Shown piece by piece: positions 1 through 3,007 of a DNA stretch of 3,007 bases. The notes beneath the pieces are model-generated. The model did not search any database. It saw only the letters and a program-made list of their open reading frames with translations, and was not told the origin of the DNA. Within the stretch, counting starts at the first letter, position 1. Each line of letters starts with the position of its first letter. The position numbers and the translations under genes are program-made. Source of the DNA: Naegleria gruberi (lineage: Eukaryota); NCBI GenBank assembly GCA_000004985.1, contig GG739238.1, one strand, 5' to 3'.

Positions 1-147
1 CAAATCCAGATCAATAGCGACATTTGTAATTCCAGAATGGAGCTCCTCGATTTGGTGGCCTCTACTCTTAAAGCTATTAAAGAAGAGAAAAAGTATCACA
101 AGAAGGAGAAACGGATAGGTACATTTTGGACTGAACAAGCAAAATAA
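1..147 (+). CDS. 3' end (48 codons) of an ORF entering from upstream; unknown product with a K/E-rich tail
   Basis: Frame 1 is open from position 1 to TAA at 145-147 and reads QIQINSDICNSRMELLDLVASTLKAIKEEKKYHKKEKRIGTFWTEQAK*. No motif recognised. It could be the end of a host gene or of an upstream element ORF. Confidence 0.3.
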   Translation, partial: QIQINSDICNSRMELLDLVASTLKAIKEEKKYHKKEKRIGTFWTEQAK

Positions 148-476
148 GCAAGGACGTACAAATTGATTTTGGATGTCCAAAAACTTGTTAAGGTAAAATT
201 AAGATTTGTCCAAAAAGTTTGTTTATGAGTTTTTAATGAGTAAATCATTGAAAAATCACAATTAAATACCTAATAAGTGGAAATGATCAATGAAACTCCA
301 CTTCTCCTGTTTTTATTGTCATTTCTTTGTTGGATTTGTTGCTGGAGAATTTTTTTTCTTGAATTTGTCCTCAACATCTCTTGAATTGAATCTTTCGAGC
401 ATCATTAAAAGCACAAACAAAATGTTGCTGGCCTGTTTGTTTAAGGGTGGGCTAGCAAATTGATGTTGAACGTTCA

Positions 477-518
477 AAATGGACGTGTTGGTCCAGAGAT
501 TTTCTGGGCGTCCAATAA
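477..518. repeat. Copy A of a ~42-bp imperfect direct repeat containing palindrome TGGAC-gtgttg-GTCCA (480-495)
   Basis: aatggacgtgttggtccagagattttctgggcgtccaataat aligns to 558-598 aatggacatgttcgtccaaaatgtttctggaccaacaattt at roughly 75% identity. The 5-6-5 inverted repeat is conserved in both copies. Confidence 0.6.
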
Positions 519-557
519 TCAGTAAGCAAAATACGTTTGGGCCGTATTATTTATCTT

Positions 558-598
558 GAATGGACATGTTCGTCCAAAATGTTTCTGGACCAACAATT
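558..598. repeat. Copy B of the ~42-bp direct repeat containing palindrome TGGAC-atgttc-GTCCA (561-576)
   Basis: See copy A. The palindrome arms TGGAC/GTCCA are perfect, and the shared flank is (A)AAT ... TTTCTGG. Confidence 0.6.
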
Positions 599-668
599 TG
601 TATTTTGGACGACATAATGTACCTATCTGTTTCTCAAGGATGCTTTTAATCAAACCATTATCCGAATT

Positions 669-1394
669 ATGGAACAAATTCGAAGGAACGACGTTCATAA
701 TTGCTCATCTGGATGGAAACTTATACTTCAAACCAGAGATTTAGGGATGTTGGTTTCGATTAAGGAAGAAACCTTCAAACTTTACACTAGAAACTATAAT
801 GGTTTCTTATGGTTTATTACTGCATTCAATATTTCAATGGATGACACTTATGCTATTGAGTATTATGCAGCTTATCTTACAATTCAAGGTCAAACATCTC
901 GTGTTGAAGCCTTGAGACCATCCCTTCAATTTTGGGCCAATATTGAGAGAAGAGTTTTTCCAATTTCATGGTCTTATGATAAGATTAAAAGAGGAATTAT
1001 TTTTATTTGGTCCTTGATTGATAGAAAAGCTTTGAAACGTGATCCAATTTTCTATCATCATATTGAAGGTTTCATTCAGAGAAAAGATCATTATGATCCT
1101 TTCATTTTCAAACTCACTAGTGCCATGTTAGTCATTGGTTTCAGACTTTTCGCTAGACCAGGTGAATTAGCTAGACTCAAGTGGTGTTATGTTACAAAGC
1201 TTAGAAATGGTAACATCAAATTAGATCTCAGTGGTCACAAAACAGATTTCTTTCTACTAGAAAAGCCGATGACTATTGACAAGCATCTTGAAAATCCTTT
1301 AGTGTGTCCAGTGAAATTGCTTTTTGATTACATGTCTAATTCTGAGCGAAGTGAAGAATGGACTTGTTTTCATTGTAAACTTAATAAAATATAA
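669..1394 (+). CDS. Tyrosine recombinase-like protein (core-binding-like N-terminus plus first half of the catalytic domain; C-terminal HxxR / Tyr half absent). Possibly truncated or a pseudogene.
   Basis: 241-aa ORF. The frame is closed upstream by TAA at 615-617 and has A at -3 of the ATG. TYAIEYYAAYLTIQGQTSRVEALRPSLQFW resembles the YR N-terminal core-binding/SAM-like helix pattern. LVIGFRLFARPGELARLKWCYV matches box I (G-x-R-x-x-E-L-x-x-L-x-W, catalytic Arg-I). NIKLDLSGHKTDFFLLEKP fits the beta-hairpin Lys segment. CPVKLLFDY matches the CPVxALxxY(L) motif seen in phage-integrase, DIRS and Crypton YRs. The ORF ends 18 aa later (TAA 1392-1394), and the downstream frames up to 1523 contain no HxxR...Y pattern. 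Confidence 0.5.
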   Translation: MEQIRRNDVHNCSSGWKLILQTRDLGMLVSIKEETFKLYTRNYNGFLWFITAFNISMDDTYAIEYYAAYLTIQGQTSRVEALRPSLQFWANIERRVFPISWSYDKIKRGIIFIWSLIDRKALKRDPIFYHHIEGFIQRKDHYDPFIFKLTSAMLVIGFRLFARPGELARLKWCYVTKLRNGNIKLDLSGHKTDFFLLEKPMTIDKHLENPLVCPVKLLFDYMSNSERSEEWTCFHCKLNKI

Positions 1395-1429
1395 GTTGAG
1401 TATTTTTCCATGCTCAAAAAATTATCACA

Positions 1430-2518
1430 ATGGCCCCAACACCAACTACACCAAAGAACAACAAGAAAACGAAAGACCTTAGCTCACCTTCTGCAGGTAG
1501 CGAGCAACGAGTCATTGTTCTAACTCCTTCCACCTCAAATTCTTCTGATAGTTCTGCTATGCCTTCACCTCCTCCTGTTCAAGACACAAAGAAGAACAAG
1601 AAGAACAATCAACAAAAGATATCACCTGGCAAAGACTCAAACAACGCCAAGGTTGGTTCACAAGGTGCTTCTGCTCTCGCTTCTTCGATGGAATTGTTTG
1701 AGTCCAACCCATCTGAAGAGGTTTCTGGTAAAAGAGCAAGAGTTGCTGATGAACCAGATGATTGGTTTAAAAACCACGTCATCGACTCTTACCAAAGAAT
1801 GTTTGGTGAGTCATTGAAAGAAGATTTGCCGTTGGAAGAAGCTGTTTCTCTTCTATTCGAAACAGCCAATGCTCCATACGCTGACAACTTGGAATTCAAG
1901 AATAGAATGGCTGCTCTTGAATTGTTGTTCAGAAAAGAAGTAGACACTCCCATTCCAGATTCATCTGGTATAAAAGATATTAAAAGTAAAGGTTATTCTT
2001 TACTTTTAACAAACTCTTTTATCATCTCTCAAATCTGCAAGCGTTTGAGAGAGAGTGATACCCTTGATTTACCGCTTATTCTTCAAGGATTTGAATTTAT
2101 TCAGAATATTTCTGAGTTAAATCTAGTCTGTATTCGAATGGGCATTAAAAATGGCTTTGAAGCAGCTGAAAACTTCTCTAACAGCTACAAATCAGGAGGT
2201 TCACTTGACCAAATCACCTCCAAACAACAAGAGAAGGCGATTAAATCTGCTGAAAAAGTAAAAGCAGCAGAAACCATTGAAAAAGTCAGCAAATGGGCAA
2301 GCAGAACCCCTAATTTTCGTAAGTTCCCCACTAGATACGATAATAGACAAGCTGGTTACAACAACTACAACAACAACAACCACAACAACAACAACTTCAA
2401 CCAAGGACAAGGTAATAGTTACCAATCCAACAATCAAGGCTTCAGAAGATTCAACAATGCTCACCAAGCAAGTGGAACCGCTTCAAATTCCTCCAACTCA
2501 AACAACAACAATAAATGA
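1430..2518 (+). CDS. Gag-like structural protein candidate. It has a low-complexity S/P/K-rich N-terminus, a central ordered segment, a K/E-rich segment and an Asn/Gln-rich C-terminal tail. There is no CCHC zinc knuckle.
   Basis: 362-aa ORF with A at -3 of the ATG and yeast-like codon use. It lies immediately upstream of, and overlaps by 257 nt, an RT-encoding ORF in the +1 frame, which is the typical gag-pol arrangement. No recognisable catalytic or zinc-finger motif, so the gag assignment is positional. A host N-rich gene abutting the RT cannot be excluded. Confidence 0.5.
   Translation: MAPTPTTPKNNKKTKDLSSPSAGSEQRVIVLTPSTSNSSDSSAMPSPPPVQDTKKNKKNNQQKISPGKDSNNAKVGSQGASALASSMELFESNPSEEVSGKRARVADEPDDWFKNHVIDSYQRMFGESLKEDLPLEEAVSLLFETANAPYADNLEFKNRMAALELLFRKEVDTPIPDSSGIKDIKSKGYSLLLTNSFIISQICKRLRESDTLDLPLILQGFEFIQNISELNLVCIRMGIKNGFEAAENFSNSYKSGGSLDQITSKQQEKAIKSAEKVKAAETIEKVSKWASRTPNFRKFPTRYDNRQAGYNNYNNNNHNNNNFNQGQGNSYQSNNQGFRRFNNAHQASGTASNSSNSNNNNK
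2360..2401 (+). repeat. Imperfect (AAC)n trinucleotide repeat, 14 units with 3 variant units
   Basis: aac aac tac aac aac aac aac cac aac aac aac aac ttc aac encodes NNYNNNNHNNNNFN in the gag frame and poly-Thr in the pol (+1) frame. The antisense strand gives a spurious poly-Val ORF (2201-2467, minus). Confidence 0.8.
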
Positions 2519-3007
2519 TGCCAACATTCCTCTTGGTGGTCGTCTCTCTCGTTTTCACAGCCGATGGCAAGAATTCGGTGTTTCCAACACGATTCACGAT
2601 TGGATTCAAAACGGAATTCCAATAGATTCCGATTCAAATCGTTGGAAAAATTACCATCAGAGGAAATTCTCTACTACAGAGAAACAATGGATCCAAAAAG
2701 AGATTGGTTCCATGTTGAAAGAAGGAGTAATTGTTCACTCCCCAAACATCGTTATCAACCCTATAAACGTAGTTCCAAAGAAAGGGTCAGACCAATTCAG
2801 ATTCATTTTGGATCTAAGAAAGGTCAACGATGGAATAGATCCAGATTCCTTCAAAATGGAATCAGTGCAGAAAATCATGAAATTCCTATGCAAAGGAATG
2901 TGGGCATGCAAAATAGACCTAAAGAAAGGTTATTTTCACGTTCCCATCAAGGAGGAACATCAACACCTCCTAGGGTTCATATTCGAAGAAGAATTCTACC
3001 AATTTAC
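2457..3007 (+). CDS. Pol ORF, 5' partial: reverse transcriptase N-terminal region and RT domains 1-3, DIRS/Ngaro/gypsy-type. It continues beyond the window.
   Basis: Frame 0 is open from 2262 (stop TAA at 2259-2261) to the window end, with its first ATG at 2457 (A at -3). Translation: ...MLTKQVEPLQIPPTQTTTINDANIPLGGRLSRFHSRWQEFGVSNTIHDWIQNGIPIDSDSNRWKNYHQRKFSTTEKQWIQKEIGSMLKEGVIVHSPNIVINPINVVPKKGSDQFRFILDLRKVNDGIDPDSFKMESVQKIMKFLCKGMWACKIDLKKGYFHVPIKEEHQHLLGFIFEEEFYQF. Recognised motifs: GGRLxxFxxxW...W(I)xxG(I)xIxF pre-RT motif; VPKKxGxxRxIxDLRxLN (RT domains 1/2); IDLKKGYFHVPI (RT motif A with the catalytic Asp); LxFxxxxxxYQF preceding the expected LPFG. There is no protease (D-T/S-G) motif anywhere in the open frame between 2262 and the RT. 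Confidence 0.85.
   Translation, partial: MLTKQVEPLQIPPTQTTTINDANIPLGGRLSRFHSRWQEFGVSNTIHDWIQNGIPIDSDSNRWKNYHQRKFSTTEKQWIQKEIGSMLKEGVIVHSPNIVINPINVVPKKGSDQFRFILDLRKVNDGIDPDSFKMESVQKIMKFLCKGMWACKIDLKKGYFHVPIKEEHQHLLGFIFEEEFYQF

Larger units (their letters stand above)
150..625. repeat. Non-coding region with about 8 copies of a GGAC / GTCC core, arranged as palindromes and short direct repeats
   Basis: GGACGT 152-157; GGATGTCC 171-178; TGTCCAAAAACTTGTT 174-189 vs TGTCCAAAAAGTTTGTT 207-223; TGGACGTGTTGGTCCA 480-495; GCGTCCAAT 508-516; TGGACATGTTCGTCCA 561-576; GTCCAAAATGTTT 572-584; TGGACC 586-591; TGGACGAC 606-613. Seen directly in the sequence. Confidence 0.6.

Noticed and set aside
190-470. 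Promoter/TATA assignment in the AT-rich stretch (T9 run at 350-358, TAAATA at about 264)
   Set aside because: AT-rich yeast intergenic DNA gives many TATA-like strings by chance. It cannot be supported from sequence alone.
556-744. 62-aa ORF on the + strand spanning the palindrome repeat and the start of the recombinase ORF
   Set aside because: It is short and lies in a different frame from the 669-1394 ORF. It is composed largely of the repeat sequence, with no recognisable motif. Most likely a chance ORF.
1375-1400. Possible splice donor (GTAAAC / GTTGAGT) at the end of the recombinase ORF that could join a downstream exon encoding the missing catalytic half
   Set aside because: No downstream frame before or within gag encodes HxxR...Y. 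The donor matches are weak. There is no branch-point or acceptor evidence.
1557-1739. 60-aa minus-strand ORF inside the gag-like ORF
   Set aside because: It is at the minimum length and antisense to a well-supported coding region. It has a Cys/Ser-rich low-complexity translation and no supporting signal.
2201-2467. 88-aa minus-strand ORF with a poly-Val run
   Set aside because: It is the antisense reading of the (AAC)n / N-rich gag tail, where GTT gives Val. It is nested entirely inside two sense ORFs and is low complexity. Spurious.
1430-3007. Interpretation as a Ty3/gypsy LTR retrotransposon gag-pol
   Set aside because: The frame is open for only about 90 codons upstream of the RT, and it contains no D-T/S-G-A protease motif. 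A recombinase-like ORF is adjacent. This is more consistent with a protease-less YR retroelement. It is not fully excluded without seeing the 3' half of pol.

Overview
This window reads as an AT-rich eukaryotic locus, with yeast-like codon preferences (AGA, GGT, TTG, CAA, GAA, TCT, GCT, CCA) and no in-frame CTG codon in any of the three ORFs. It carries three same-strand ORFs that together look like a tyrosine-recombinase (YR) retroelement of the DIRS/Ngaro/PAT type. (1) 669-1394 encodes a protein with a YR N-terminal core-binding-like region, the box-I arginine motif (GFRLFARPGELARLKW) and a beta-hairpin lysine region (LSGHKTDFF ... CPVKLLFDYM). It stops before the HxxR / catalytic-Tyr half. 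(2) 1430-2518 encodes a 362-aa low-complexity protein with a Ser/Pro/Lys-rich N-terminus, an Asn-rich tail and no CCHC knuckle. Its position suggests gag. (3) A +1-frame ORF, open from 2262 with its first ATG at 2457, runs off the window end. It encodes an unmistakable reverse-transcriptase N-terminus (GGRLSRFHSRWQEFG...IHDWIQNGIPI...VVPKKGSDQFRFILDLRKVN...KIDLKKGYFHVPI...LLGFIFEEEFYQF). No protease lies between gag and RT. Upstream of the YR ORF (about 150-625) is a non-coding region dense in repeats. It holds several copies of a GGAC/GTCC core, including two 16-bp palindromes TGGAC-N6-GTCCA embedded in a ~42-bp imperfect direct repeat. These could be terminal-repeat or recombination-site structure. 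The ORF order (YR immediately upstream of gag-RT, with a 35-nt spacer) is not the canonical DIRS or Ngaro order. Either it is a new arrangement or two element fragments are juxtaposed. All homology statements rest on motifs I recognise by eye, and no searches were run.
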